DNA from: a virus
Taxonomy: Duplodnaviria > Heunggongvirae > Uroviricota > Caudoviricetes
Length of the DNA: 45,905 bases
Direction: 5' to 3' (one strand)
IMG/VR virus record: IMGVR_UViG_643348547_000010
Span: 1 to 45,905 of that record
In this document: positions 18,885 through 28,690 of the stretch, piece by piece
Numbering within the stretch: the first letter of the stretch is position 1
How the letters are laid out: each line of letters begins with the position of its first letter
Notes under the pieces: model-generated
The model's input: only the letters and a program-made list of their open reading frames with translations
Databases searched by the model: none
What the model was told of the DNA's origin: nothing
Made by a program: the position numbers and the translations under genes

Positions 18885-21394
18885 TGCGGAATATCTCCGG
18901 AGAATCTCTGACGCTTCTGTGTCAGATTAAGAACAACGGGAGAACCATCATCTTTCAGCAGATAACCAGTACCAAGTTTCACCAGGTACTGACTATCGCC
19001 GTAACTTTGCAAACCATACTGACCAGGCGGTGTTTTTATCCCGGAGCCGACAACTTGTTCATTCCAAGCCTGATTAACCTGCTTATCGAATTGCTCTGCA
19101 GACATTCCCCACGGCAAAAGGACATTCCCCATTCCGTTATAGTCATGCACGCCACCTGTAGCTACGTTAACAGCCTGTTTCCAGACATCATTGTCAATTT
19201 CGCCTGATACCACGCCTTTTTTCGCCATCACACCAGCGTAATAATCCTTTGCGATCTCGTATGCCATTGATGCGCCCTGAGCGTCACCAGCAAATGCATC
19301 CTTCACCATGTCAGAAAACTCAAGGCGAAGATCAGCATCTTTAGGCATCGGAATACCTTTCGCATCATCAGTACCTTTACGAGCCGCCGCGCCAGCAAGA
19401 ATTGTCTGCGCAGCGGTTTCAGGAGACACGGAAACATCCGGATTAAACCAGTTTTTTTCTGCCAAAATACCACCAGGCTTATCCATCAGTATCCCGGCAA
19501 CGGCAGCAGATGGAGCGTTGGCACTGATCTGCTGTAGTGCTGACATATACACCTGCCCACCACCAGTGCTCTGCCTGATGGTATCGAGATATGCTGCCTG
19601 TTGGGAAACTGGAGCATCACGAAAGAAAACACCGATCTGATTGGCCTCGTCTTTGGAAAAGAACGTCAGTGGAGTGCCATATGACTTAGCAAGGTCACTG
19701 ACCTGAGCGGCACGCAAGGCAACGCTCTGTCCAAAGTTATCCTTATTGCTCATGTCGATAGGCTTTGCCTGTCCGGAGGCAAGAGAGAACTGCACAGGAT
19801 CCGACTGCCGCTGCTTTATCACCTGATTTGCAGCCGAAACAACGTTGTCATAAAGAGTTGCGCGTGCCGCATACCCCTCCCCTGTATCACCAGTATCCGG
19901 GCGTAATTGCTCAACATATGCTGTAATGCTGCTTGTCGGCATGTTGCGGAAAGAGCCTATATACTGTCCGGCGATCTGCGTATTCTTAAACTCGGTATAT
20001 CGCAGGTTTCCTTCTCTGACTCCATAAGCTGCAATAAAATCATCCTCACCAGGTGGGTTAGGAAATTCAATGCCACGCATATACGCAGCCGTCGCATCGC
20101 GAACCCGGCTGTCGAGCATCGTTTTATATTCAGCCTGCTGTTGTCTGGCTAGTGCATCAGTCTGTCGCAACACGCTGGCCTGATCTGATTCACTTAAAGC
20201 ATCGAACCAGGCTATACCGGTATAACGTTTATTTTTTGTCGGTAGCTGAGAAAGCCCCAGCGCAGCACTAACACCTGCAGTTAACTGCTGATCACTGTAT
20301 GGCTGGCTACCGTTTTCATGATGGATAATGGCTGCACAAAGCGCCTTCAGGGTATCAGGATTTGATGCATCGAGAGGCTCATCAGCAGAAACGCCAAGTT
20401 GTTCGCACACTGCTTTGATATACGACATAGTGTCATTTTTATCAGTAGGCGGTGCCCAGCGATTAATTATCTCGCTGACGGTATCAATACCCTGCCGCTG
20501 ATACGACATCAGGTTCCGCCCTAATGCACGAATACCGTGTTCAGGGGTTTCGAATTTGGCAAAGCGACCATCATCACCAGTCTGCCCAACCCACGGATTA
20601 GTTTTGCTGTATTCAAGATTGCCGGGGTTATTGTTGCGTATACCGCGGGTACGATCGGAAGAGCCACTATCTGCTACAGCACGGCGATAACCAGCAGCAG
20701 TATCGCTTAACTCGCCGTTTTGCTGTCTTACCTGAAGATAGTTTGCTCCAATAGCATTTTGAGCAGTTGCTTTTGCTGTTGCTTCTTTAAACTCGATTTT
20801 CTTGGCCTGGATTTGCTCGTCACTCCAGCCATGTGCAATGCCGTAATCCTCAATTTGCTGGAAAGTTTGCTTATTAGCCAATACGTATGCGGCGTTGTCG
20901 CCATACAATGCTGCGGCATTTTTACCATTGTTCAGCAGCGTAGCCTGAAACTGGCCTTCTTCGTAGGCATTTATTTGCCCTATCTCGTGCCGCCCGGCCT
21001 GCGTAGTGAACTGAATGCGCTGCTGCTGCGCCTGCTGCATGAAAGCATTACGAGCCTGTTCATCCGGCAGCGACATAGCCAGTTGTTCGACCTGAGCATC
21101 AAACTGCTGCGTATACTCCTGACCTTTTCCAATAGCATTTTTCCCTTTCAGGTTAAGCAAACCTGTTTCAGGGTTATTCAGCAGATCGCTGCTTATCTGG
21201 CTTAAGCTAAGAGAAGCATCCTGAGCCATAGCAACATTCGCACGCTGTTTTGCCTGCGCAATAATACCTGCATATTGCTCTGCAACATCGCCAAGTACAT
21301 CACCGACATTTGGTGTCTGAAACGATGAGAATCCCTGCGTCGAAATCCCTCTGCTCTGAACCTGACGGCCCGATGTTGTTGGTACAACTGGCAT
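18881..21394 (-). CDS. Internal virion core protein (T7 gp15-like position) with a conserved globular domain
   Basis: 837-aa ORF; gene order after gp14-like gene; contains GIRNNNPGNLEY motif region. Confidence 0.7.
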   Translation of the reverse strand: MPVVPTTSGRQVQSRGISTQGFSSFQTPNVGDVLGDVAEQYAGIIAQAKQRANVAMAQDASLSLSQISSDLLNNPETGLLNLKGKNAIGKGQEYTQQFDAQVEQLAMSLPDEQARNAFMQQAQQQRIQFTTQAGRHEIGQINAYEEGQFQATLLNNGKNAAALYGDNAAYVLANKQTFQQIEDYGIAHGWSDEQIQAKKIEFKEATAKATAQNAIGANYLQVRQQNGELSDTAAGYRRAVADSGSSDRTRGIRNNNPGNLEYSKTNPWVGQTGDDGRFAKFETPEHGIRALGRNLMSYQRQGIDTVSEIINRWAPPTDKNDTMSYIKAVCEQLGVSADEPLDASNPDTLKALCAAIIHHENGSQPYSDQQLTAGVSAALGLSQLPTKNKRYTGIAWFDALSESDQASVLRQTDALARQQQAEYKTMLDSRVRDATAAYMRGIEFPNPPGEDDFIAAYGVREGNLRYTEFKNTQIAGQYIGSFRNMPTSSITAYVEQLRPDTGDTGEGYAARATLYDNVVSAANQVIKQRQSDPVQFSLASGQAKPIDMSNKDNFGQSVALRAAQVSDLAKSYGTPLTFFSKDEANQIGVFFRDAPVSQQAAYLDTIRQSTGGGQVYMSALQQISANAPSAAVAGILMDKPGGILAEKNWFNPDVSVSPETAAQTILAGAAARKGTDDAKGIPMPKDADLRLEFSDMVKDAFAGDAQGASMAYEIAKDYYAGVMAKKGVVSGEIDNDVWKQAVNVATGGVHDYNGMGNVLLPWGMSAEQFDKQVNQAWNEQVVGSGIKTPPGQYGLQSYGDSQYLVKLGTGYLLKDDGSPVVLNLTQKRQRFSGDIPQ

Positions 21395-21406
21395 CTTATT
21401 ATCCCC

Positions 21407-21946
21407 TTATCGACCGGTTGGAGTGCCAACAGCAGCAGAAATCGGCGCAGCCTTCTGAGAGAACGGGCTCCACGTTCCGCCGCCCATCTGGTATGCACCG
21501 TATGCTTTTAGTGGTGCCGTTAACAAAGTGCTGGTCATCGATGATTTAGCAGCCGACTGAGCAGCAGCCCCCTGTGCCTGAGCATTCATTCCCTGAACCT
21601 GATACCCATATGCCTCACGCTGAGCATTATTCACTGTCGTTAACGCATCAAGAGTGCCGAACTGAGCATTATCCGCAAAAACGTCAAGAGCTGTTCCGCT
21701 ACTTAATTCCGCACCGGTAGCCCCCATAGTGGCCGCCGCAGTGCCTGAGCGTTGACGCATTTCACGACGACGCTGATCCGCTTCAATATTCCCACGATTG
21801 ATTGAATCCTGTGCCTGAGCTTCAGCAATTTCAGCATTCCGATCAGCTATGGCTGACTGGTATTTTGCCTGCTTGCTCTGGCTGTACATTGACGCGGCTG
21901 TGGATGCCACTGTGACGGCAACCAAAGCGATGGCTGGGTTACACAT
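21407..21946 (-). CDS. Internal virion protein, T7 gp14-like
   Basis: 179 aa, N-terminus MCNPAIALVAVTVASTAAS... and Ala/Gln-rich composition resemble gp14-type proteins. Confidence 0.6.
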   Translation of the reverse strand: MCNPAIALVAVTVASTAASMYSQSKQAKYQSAIADRNAEIAEAQAQDSINRGNIEADQRRREMRQRSGTAAATMGATGAELSSGTALDVFADNAQFGTLDALTTVNNAQREAYGYQVQGMNAQAQGAAAQSAAKSSMTSTLLTAPLKAYGAYQMGGGTWSPFSQKAAPISAAVGTPTGR

Positions 21947-22410
21947 TATTTTCTCTCCATGTGAAATCTGTGGAAATTAAGACCAAGAGCACCATAAGGC
22001 GCGGCTTCTTCAAGCCTGAATCCAAGCCAGTGCAGCCATGCTTTGGCAACATGGTTTCGCTCGTCGACGTAGTTTTCCAGGCGCGGATAAACTGCCAGCA
22101 TCTGCTGCAATACAGGGCGGCAGTGGCGAAGAAATGTCTTCTGATATTTTTCAATACGGCTGGTTCCTACCAGCCAGGGCGTACCATTGCCACCGATCAT
22201 TGACGCCGGAGATACGCCAAACATGGTTACCAGTTCTCCGTTCGCAAATCCTGACCAGGCCATAGTCGCAGTACGCAGACCAACACGCAGCGCATCTTCG
22301 GTAGTCATCAGTGATACCGCATACAGTTCGTCAATATCAGCCTGACGAACATCCGGCAAAATCATCTGAAGATGCTCTTCGGTTGCGGGAATAATTTGAA
22401 CATCGATCAT
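21946..22410 (-). CDS. Virion protein (T7 gp13-like position)
   Basis: 154-aa ORF between nozzle and gp14-like genes; translationally coupled. Confidence 0.5.
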   Translation of the reverse strand: MIDVQIIPATEEHLQMILPDVRQADIDELYAVSLMTTEDALRVGLRTATMAWSGFANGELVTMFGVSPASMIGGNGTPWLVGTSRIEKYQKTFLRHCRPVLQQMLAVYPRLENYVDERNHVAKAWLHWLGFRLEEAAPYGALGLNFHRFHMERK

Positions 22411-24881
22411 CAGAACCCACCAACAGTAAGGCGAGGAATAACGGCAAGAACAGACAGCGGCAACGGATCAAGCTGACGGATTTTTACACGTCCGTTTTTG
22501 CCCCAGTTACTGTCCAGTTTCACTTCTACTTTTCCGGTAGCATCATCAACAGGATCATCGTAGAACTCGAATTCACGCTGTGGATATTCGTACCATTTAC
22601 CGCCGGGCGTAGTCGCCCAGATGCCGCGACTGGCATTCACAACCAGAGTAACGGACGGGATCACCTGTTTTTTGTCCAGCAGCGTTTCCTGTCCGTTAAT
22701 GTTGATATCCAGTGTTTCGAATTCAGCAGTTATTGGCAGGCCGATGTGCACTACAGCCCCCGGTGATTCCAGCGTGACGGCACCTCCGGAAACCACTTTC
22801 TGTGGTTCCACGTTCGCATCAGAGAGAATGTTTACGGTCTGGCCTTCAAGATGAGACAGGCCTCCAAATGTCCGGCGCGCCATCTGCCAGTTCGTGGTGG
22901 CCACATTCCTGAGGGATGGCGGGACGTTCCTGTTAGCACGAACCACTACAGCGGTATTGCTGGTTACAGAAATAATGTCGCAACGTAATTCTTTTGACAC
23001 CTCATCGCCAGTATCAGGATCAGTTCCGGTATAAGGGAACTGTAGTTGCGCGCCGACATCACTACTGGTGAAGTACGCACCACCAGAAACACTGATTGTA
23101 TATTCCGCGCGGTAATCCCATTCGCCAGAACCACCAGTGATGATCATCGTTCTGTCAGACGTATTTCTTCCATCATAGCTAAGGCCAGAATCAACAAAGA
23201 AAGCATCTTCATCGCTGGTAAATAAACGGCTGGACAGTCGCTCGATGTATCTCACTGTTTGCCCGTTAACGGTTCGGTTAACGACGAAATACACCGCATC
23301 TTCATTGCCTTCGCTGATACTGCATGTGCTTTCATATTTTCCGGTACTGGATTGTGGTGCCCATGCAAAAACCTGCTGATCACGCAAATAGGTCATCACC
23401 AGTAATTTACCGTCATCACGGATGCAGAAGGCGCTGGAGTAAGGGACTATTGAGAAGCACCAGTCAACAATGCTGTGCTTCTGAAAAAGATGATTGGCAA
23501 GGATAGTAAGGTCGTTCCCCTGATAGCCGTCAACATCGAATGAGTAGGCCAGATCACGGACAACACTGCCTTTCTCCTGGACGAACAGAGCAATATTCGC
23601 CACGGCAATTGGTGGGACATTGCTCGAGCCATTTGATCCCTGAGAGCTGAATGCAAATGATGATGGGGTAAGCACTTTGTTCTGGTCGCCAGTGATGACG
23701 TACTCACCTCCGGAAGTCAGCGCCACCAGCGAACCAACATCAATCAGGTGACGGATCTCATTAACCTGACGCCCGGCATAGGTGTAGATAATTCTGTCGT
23801 CATCCTGCGTAGGATTGCTTTTGCCAAAATCCTTATAATCCCCAGTACGGCTGGCCCAGATAGTCTGAGGGAACGCAGTCGATGCGGCGAAGTAAAGACG
23901 CTGTTGATAATAAACAACAGTGCCAGGATAACCATTAACACTGTTCCAGGCATATTTAGCCCATTTATAGCTGGCATTATCCTCGCCAACGACCTGCGAA
24001 GGGATATAGGAAATCACCTCGGCAGTTGCAGTAGTGCCATTTGCAGCAGTGATACGGGCAATGCCAAAACCACTGTGCAGATACTCCCACTCAATGCCAG
24101 TATCATCATCACCGGATCCGCCCCAGCCATCCCATGATGTGCCTTCTGTATGCGAAGGGCGCAAAGTACCTGTTTTGCCTGCTGTAACGGCGCGATAGTA
24201 GTTACTGTCTGCACGGCGAATATCGCCAATCGACGTACTCTTACTGGTTTCCCATACAGGTACTGAATCCACTGCAGGCTGTTCCAGATAGAACAATTTG
24301 CCTACCTGCTCCGCGCCAAAAATAGAGACGCTTGCCGTTAACGTAATTGTCCCGGTGCTGGCGCTGGCATAAACCGTCACTGACTCATCAATATTGATAT
24401 CTTCAAATGGCCCGTTCTTCGTTACCACATCAACCAGTTGCCAGTTGTCATGCGCATAGCGACGCAACTCTTTCGGCGGGTATGCCGGATGAACAAGCGT
24501 AAGCACGTCTGCGCTTTGCGTGAATTTAATTCGGAACAGATCGGCTTCAGTATATGGCGTGGCAATTTCATAAATAACATTGCTGCTGTTCAGCACCAAC
24601 GCACCATCTTTGATAACGCGCATGTACTGGTGTCCGAACTCCAGAGCATAAGTCTGAACCGTCGAGAACTGGAACGGGATCAGGCGGCATTTCCGATTTG
24701 GGTATTTGGCGGCACCGACAAAACGCGTACCAGGTCGATTCTCAACTCCGCCATACTGCCGCACGATAAAGTTATCGCACTTGCGCAATGCCACCTGGTA
24801 CTTCGCCATGTCGATACGACCGTACAACGACGGTCCAATCTCACCACCGGCAAAGCTGGGCTGGATCCAACTGATAGCCAT
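22410..24881 (-). CDS. Tail tubular protein B / nozzle (T7 gp12-like)
   Basis: 823 aa; N-terminus MAISWIQPSFAGGEIGPSLYGR resembles gp12-type N-termini; position after adaptor gene. Confidence 0.7.
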   Translation of the reverse strand: MAISWIQPSFAGGEIGPSLYGRIDMAKYQVALRKCDNFIVRQYGGVENRPGTRFVGAAKYPNRKCRLIPFQFSTVQTYALEFGHQYMRVIKDGALVLNSSNVIYEIATPYTEADLFRIKFTQSADVLTLVHPAYPPKELRRYAHDNWQLVDVVTKNGPFEDINIDESVTVYASASTGTITLTASVSIFGAEQVGKLFYLEQPAVDSVPVWETSKSTSIGDIRRADSNYYRAVTAGKTGTLRPSHTEGTSWDGWGGSGDDDTGIEWEYLHSGFGIARITAANGTTATAEVISYIPSQVVGEDNASYKWAKYAWNSVNGYPGTVVYYQQRLYFAASTAFPQTIWASRTGDYKDFGKSNPTQDDDRIIYTYAGRQVNEIRHLIDVGSLVALTSGGEYVITGDQNKVLTPSSFAFSSQGSNGSSNVPPIAVANIALFVQEKGSVVRDLAYSFDVDGYQGNDLTILANHLFQKHSIVDWCFSIVPYSSAFCIRDDGKLLVMTYLRDQQVFAWAPQSSTGKYESTCSISEGNEDAVYFVVNRTVNGQTVRYIERLSSRLFTSDEDAFFVDSGLSYDGRNTSDRTMIITGGSGEWDYRAEYTISVSGGAYFTSSDVGAQLQFPYTGTDPDTGDEVSKELRCDIISVTSNTAVVVRANRNVPPSLRNVATTNWQMARRTFGGLSHLEGQTVNILSDANVEPQKVVSGGAVTLESPGAVVHIGLPITAEFETLDININGQETLLDKKQVIPSVTLVVNASRGIWATTPGGKWYEYPQREFEFYDDPVDDATGKVEVKLDSNWGKNGRVKIRQLDPLPLSVLAVIPRLTVGGF

Positions 24882-25489
24882 CAGGACAACCTCGCAATGG
24901 TAAACTCGTCAACCGGTGGCAGTGGTTCCTGTGATTCATTCTGGCTATGCGAGCCAGCACTAAGAATCACGCGATTGTACATATTGAGGGCAAACGTACC
25001 GAGGTCTGCATTCCCAGTCAGCGCCATGTTAATAGCTGCCGCAAGACGCCAGGCCAACGCCTCCATAAAAATGGCATCAAACATGTTCACATCTGAAACG
25101 CGAGAGACATACTTGAGCCATGCCTGCGGCTGGTCTGTGTAGATCAACTTTCCTGTTCCGTTGGTGTCTGCACCAACTTCGTACTGAACGCGCATTGCTG
25201 CTGTTGGATTGCGTACACCAGGAAGCATAATTTCAGTAATGCGCAGACAATCTGACGGGTACTGGTACGCATATTCCCAGTCAGGCGGTGGATTGCTCGT
25301 ATCTGCAAGCGCCACGCGTTTGGTAGCAAAGTTCCAGTCAAAATCAGAAAGCACAGCATCACGGCAGGCCTCAAAGTGCAGCGAACATTCCCCCGCTTCC
25401 TTGCTGGCTTCCGTCAGGCTGTTAATGCTGCGGCTGTTGCCAATATTGGACAGCGCACGATTACAGATCTCTACTACAGAGGCCATCAC
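24881..25489 (-). CDS. Tail tubular protein A / adaptor (T7 gp11-like)
   Basis: 202 aa; N-terminal SVVEICNRALSNIGNSRSINSL pattern like gp11-type adaptors. Confidence 0.65.
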   Translation of the reverse strand: MMASVVEICNRALSNIGNSRSINSLTEASKEAGECSLHFEACRDAVLSDFDWNFATKRVALADTSNPPPDWEYAYQYPSDCLRITEIMLPGVRNPTAAMRVQYEVGADTNGTGKLIYTDQPQAWLKYVSRVSDVNMFDAIFMEALAWRLAAAINMALTGNADLGTFALNMYNRVILSAGSHSQNESQEPLPPVDEFTIARLS

Positions 25490-25815
25490 TCACCTCCGTT
25501 ACCGTACAGAGTTTCAGCCGCTGATTTTTCTACATCCCCGGAAACAGGAGCGATCGCCATATCAGTGATCTGCAGATCGGCGCTGCGATTAACACCATCG
25601 TCAGTTTCTCTGGCAGACAGGCCTCGAATAACAGCCTTTGCAGTTATCATCACTTCTGTTCCGACGCCCTGAGGTTGCGCCTTCAGCTTATTCAATGTGT
25701 CGTTATTAAGAGTGATGCACAGCCCCCACGGGTATTCATCGCGAGTTCTGGTTTCTCCGCTCTCATCCTGGTAGCTGTCAGTGCCGGTTTTGAGGTTTAC
25801 GAGTTCCATATACAC
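25486..25815 (-). CDS. Hypothetical virion-module protein
   Basis: 109-aa ORF, coupled to downstream gene. Confidence 0.5.
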   Translation of the reverse strand: MYMELVNLKTGTDSYQDESGETRTRDEYPWGLCITLNNDTLNKLKAQPQGVGTEVMITAKAVIRGLSARETDDGVNRSADLQITDMAIAPVSGDVEKSAAETLYGNGGE

Positions 25816-25859
25816 TCCTGCAATAAAGGGGCCGAAGCCCCTTGTCTGATCCGCGAGGC

Positions 25860-26204
25860 TTACACGCCCAGTTCTTTACGCTTATCTGCGATCTTCTCGC
25901 GGAGCGTTTCGGCTTTGGCGTTATGGTGTGGCTTCTCGTTAAAGAGCAATTCGTACTCTTCACGGAGCTTATCCAGTTCACCATCATCTGACACGTCGTT
26001 GATGATTTTGGTGCTGGTTGCTGCCATTGACACCTTTCCTGCAACTTTTGCTTTTGCCTGTCTGGCTGCATCGTTAACAGGTTCCAGTGCGCTACCAGGC
26101 TCACCTTCGTATTCGATTTCTGCCCCCTCCGGCCACAGAGTGTTATGGATATGAGAGAGGCGCAGAACGCGGTATCTTGGTTTCTCACCTGACATCGATA
26201 TCAC
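25860..26204 (-). CDS. Hypothetical virion-module protein
   Basis: 114-aa ORF. Confidence 0.5.
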   Translation of the reverse strand: MISMSGEKPRYRVLRLSHIHNTLWPEGAEIEYEGEPGSALEPVNDAARQAKAKVAGKVSMAATSTKIINDVSDDGELDKLREEYELLFNEKPHHNAKAETLREKIADKRKELGV

Positions 26205-26205
26205 C

Positions 26206-26643
26206 TTAACCAGTTACTTTTGAGCGGATCGGATACGGCGTATTGGCATCAACATCAAGACTGATACCAGCAGTGAATTCGCCAGCCGTTAGTGGGCCAG
26301 TTGCGACGGAGTAGTTAACACGCAGATATCGCTGAACACCGGCAGGCACCTTTGCAGAAACAACTCGTTTACCTGCTGTCAGGGCGGTCTTTGCCAGTGC
26401 GCCACTATCATAAATAGTGGTCCATGAGCTGTTATTCTCACTCGTCTGCAACTGGATGTTTACAGTTGCATCACCGCTTGCTGCGGCGGCTGTGTTAACC
26501 AGCGCCCAAAACTCAAGCGGGTAACCCACGCCGATATCACGACGTTTTCCGTCAATTGGACCGAGATCGATTACGTCAGTAGAAGCCGCGGTATTCGTAA
26601 CCGCCTGAGCTTCGGAGAACATCAACAGTTTGTCGGTGATCAT
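26206..26643 (-). CDS. Probable capsid-associated protein (decoration or minor capsid)
   Basis: 145-aa ORF directly downstream of major capsid gene. Confidence 0.5.
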   Translation of the reverse strand: MITDKLLMFSEAQAVTNTAASTDVIDLGPIDGKRRDIGVGYPLEFWALVNTAAAASGDATVNIQLQTSENNSSWTTIYDSGALAKTALTAGKRVVSAKVPAGVQRYLRVNYSVATGPLTAGEFTAGISLDVDANTPYPIRSKVTG

Positions 26644-26694
26644 CTTCTTTCTCCATTAGTGGGTCTGTTACGACCCACAGGTTAATAACAGGCG

Positions 26695-27687
26695 TTACAC
26701 CACGCGGGCTTCTGTTTCCAGAAGCGCATCAGTTTCACGGATTGGTACACCACGGAATGAAGTCCACCACTCGCCTTCTGTCTCTTTTACGCTGATAGCC
26801 AGAGATGTTTTCTCCAGAGACTGCAGATCAAGAGCCTGGCCTACAGTGCGGTTCATGTAGAACACCGGGCGGCCCATGCCACGGTTTGGAATGCGATGTA
26901 GTGCTTTAACCATCAACTTCGCAATATTTGCGGCAGAGGATGGTTCTGAAAGATTGCTGACATCGATGTTTGCAATGCGAACAACATAACGCCAGTCACG
27001 CAGAGCAAGTCCGTTATCCCATTTGTAATGGGTGCGATAGCCTTCGTACTTGCCGCCATTAGCATCTTCCAGTGTCACCTGGCCTTTATCTTCCATCTGG
27101 ATGCCAGCCTTCTGCCCTTTCGGGAAGATGCCATGCACGGTGTTTTCGCCCCACACCACTAACCAGATTGAGGTGTTATCTGTACCCGTGCCACCAGCAT
27201 CAATGATGTTCTGAGCATTACCCGCAGACAGGCTGGAATAGCGGGAGGACAGTCCCATAAACTGCTGAGGGTTAACGCTGGAATCACCATAAAACAGCGT
27301 CTGCGCCATCTGCTGATTCATCGCTTCAATAAATGCGCGGTCTTCAGACAGGCGGAATTCGGCGGTATTGCCGTTCAGATCAGCCAGTGACTTATCGACT
27401 TCCGCATAGGTTTCCAGCATGCCAACGGAATCGGTTACCTGCACTGTGGTTGATTTGCTTGGCTGTACGCCATAGTTCAGCAAACGCCAGGTAGCTGAAG
27501 GTAAACCAGAACGAATGGTGGTTCGGTGTCCGGTAGGAAGGTTCCCTTCAACAAAAGGCATATCCTGAAGGATTGGGTTGGTTTGACTGAGAAGCTCGAT
27601 AATCTTATCGACTTTCCCGTTTGGATCGACGCGCTTACCCCAGTCAGCCAGCGTTAGCGCAGTTAAGCCTTTAACAGCCATTGTCAT
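26695..27687 (-). CDS. Major capsid protein
   Basis: 330 aa, position after scaffold gene, size and composition typical of podovirus HK97-fold capsid proteins. Confidence 0.75.
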   Translation of the reverse strand: MTMAVKGLTALTLADWGKRVDPNGKVDKIIELLSQTNPILQDMPFVEGNLPTGHRTTIRSGLPSATWRLLNYGVQPSKSTTVQVTDSVGMLETYAEVDKSLADLNGNTAEFRLSEDRAFIEAMNQQMAQTLFYGDSSVNPQQFMGLSSRYSSLSAGNAQNIIDAGGTGTDNTSIWLVVWGENTVHGIFPKGQKAGIQMEDKGQVTLEDANGGKYEGYRTHYKWDNGLALRDWRYVVRIANIDVSNLSEPSSAANIAKLMVKALHRIPNRGMGRPVFYMNRTVGQALDLQSLEKTSLAISVKETEGEWWTSFRGVPIRETDALLETEARVV

Positions 27688-27695
27688 TTCCTCTC

Positions 27696-28397
27696 TTATT
27701 TGCCATAGAGCACTTCGGCCGCACTACGCTGGCCTTCATTACCACCGGTGACCATGCCATCTTCAGACATCGCCTTTCCGATTTTCACGAACGTTTTGAC
27801 CAGATCAGGGTGATTACCCAGCCCGGTGGTGTTCAGATATTCTTTGAGTTCAGGTGTCCCGAACTGGTCAAGCGCACGCTGTGCGGCGCTAAGGTTAGAA
27901 ATCAACTTGTCGCCACCGATTTCTTTGTCGGCTTTTACATCCGCAGCCCACTGCTCGGTTGTTTTCTGCCAGGCTTCTGCCTGGCGCTGCTGAACACCTG
28001 CCAGAATCTTCGGATAAGCATCAACCAGCTTTTGCGCTTGCTCGTTGGTCAGGTTTAGTTCTCGCGCCACCGGCTCGAATTCCTTCAACGCTTCTGTATC
28101 CAGCTCTACGCCTTCGGCAGCCTGAAACTCGTACTTTTCAGGCGCACCCTCTGGTTTATCGCCGTCCTTTTTTTCATCCTGCTTATCGTTTTCAGGCTTT
28201 TTGTCATCAGCAGGTTTATCGCCATCAGCAACAGGTTGTGGCTTATCACCTTCCTGTTGTGATGGATCACCAACTGGAGCAGGGTTATCACCTGCAGGCG
28301 CTGACGGTTCTGACGCAGCCGGAGCTGCTCCACCATCGACTGGTTGCTCATTGCAAAGACGGCGATACAGCAAACGCTCAAATAAATTCATGATCAC
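27696..28397 (-). CDS. Scaffolding protein
   Basis: Highly acidic, Pro/Ala/Asp/Lys low-complexity N-terminal half and helical C-terminal half, between portal and capsid genes. Confidence 0.7.
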   Translation of the reverse strand: MIMNLFERLLYRRLCNEQPVDGGAAPAASEPSAPAGDNPAPVGDPSQQEGDKPQPVADGDKPADDKKPENDKQDEKKDGDKPEGAPEKYEFQAAEGVELDTEALKEFEPVARELNLTNEQAQKLVDAYPKILAGVQQRQAEAWQKTTEQWAADVKADKEIGGDKLISNLSAAQRALDQFGTPELKEYLNTTGLGNHPDLVKTFVKIGKAMSEDGMVTGGNEGQRSAAEVLYGK

Positions 28398-28690
28398 TCC
28401 TGTTCACTGGCCTCTTTGGCCATCTTCAAATACTGTTCAGGGCAATGCGCCATAACGCGCTGAAACAGTTCCAGCGCCAGATTGCGTTGCCCCTCATTAA
28501 ATGCCATTGCCATAGCGTCCATCGGTGAGATAGCGGAAAACACACGGCCTTTCTCCAGCACTGACCAGACAACGCGACGCCCCTGTTCACTGCTCATGAC
28601 AAAGCGAATGTCATCAATTTCACGCTGTGCCATGTCACGTTGATTACGGGCGTTTTCTTCTTTCAGTTGATCGTCTTCGTAATCTGTCAT
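28394..28690 (-). CDS. Hypothetical protein between portal and scaffold genes
   Basis: 98-aa ORF, coupled to flanking genes. Confidence 0.5.
   Translation of the reverse strand: MTDYEDDQLKEENARNQRDMAQREIDDIRFVMSSEQGRRVVWSVLEKGRVFSAISPMDAMAMAFNEGQRNLALELFQRVMAHCPEQYLKMAKEASEQE

Noticed and set aside
12975-21205. Numerous 60-160 aa ORFs on the opposite strand or in alternative frames within the large virion genes
   Set aside because: Fully embedded in long, well-supported coding regions and lacking RBS; treated as frame noise.
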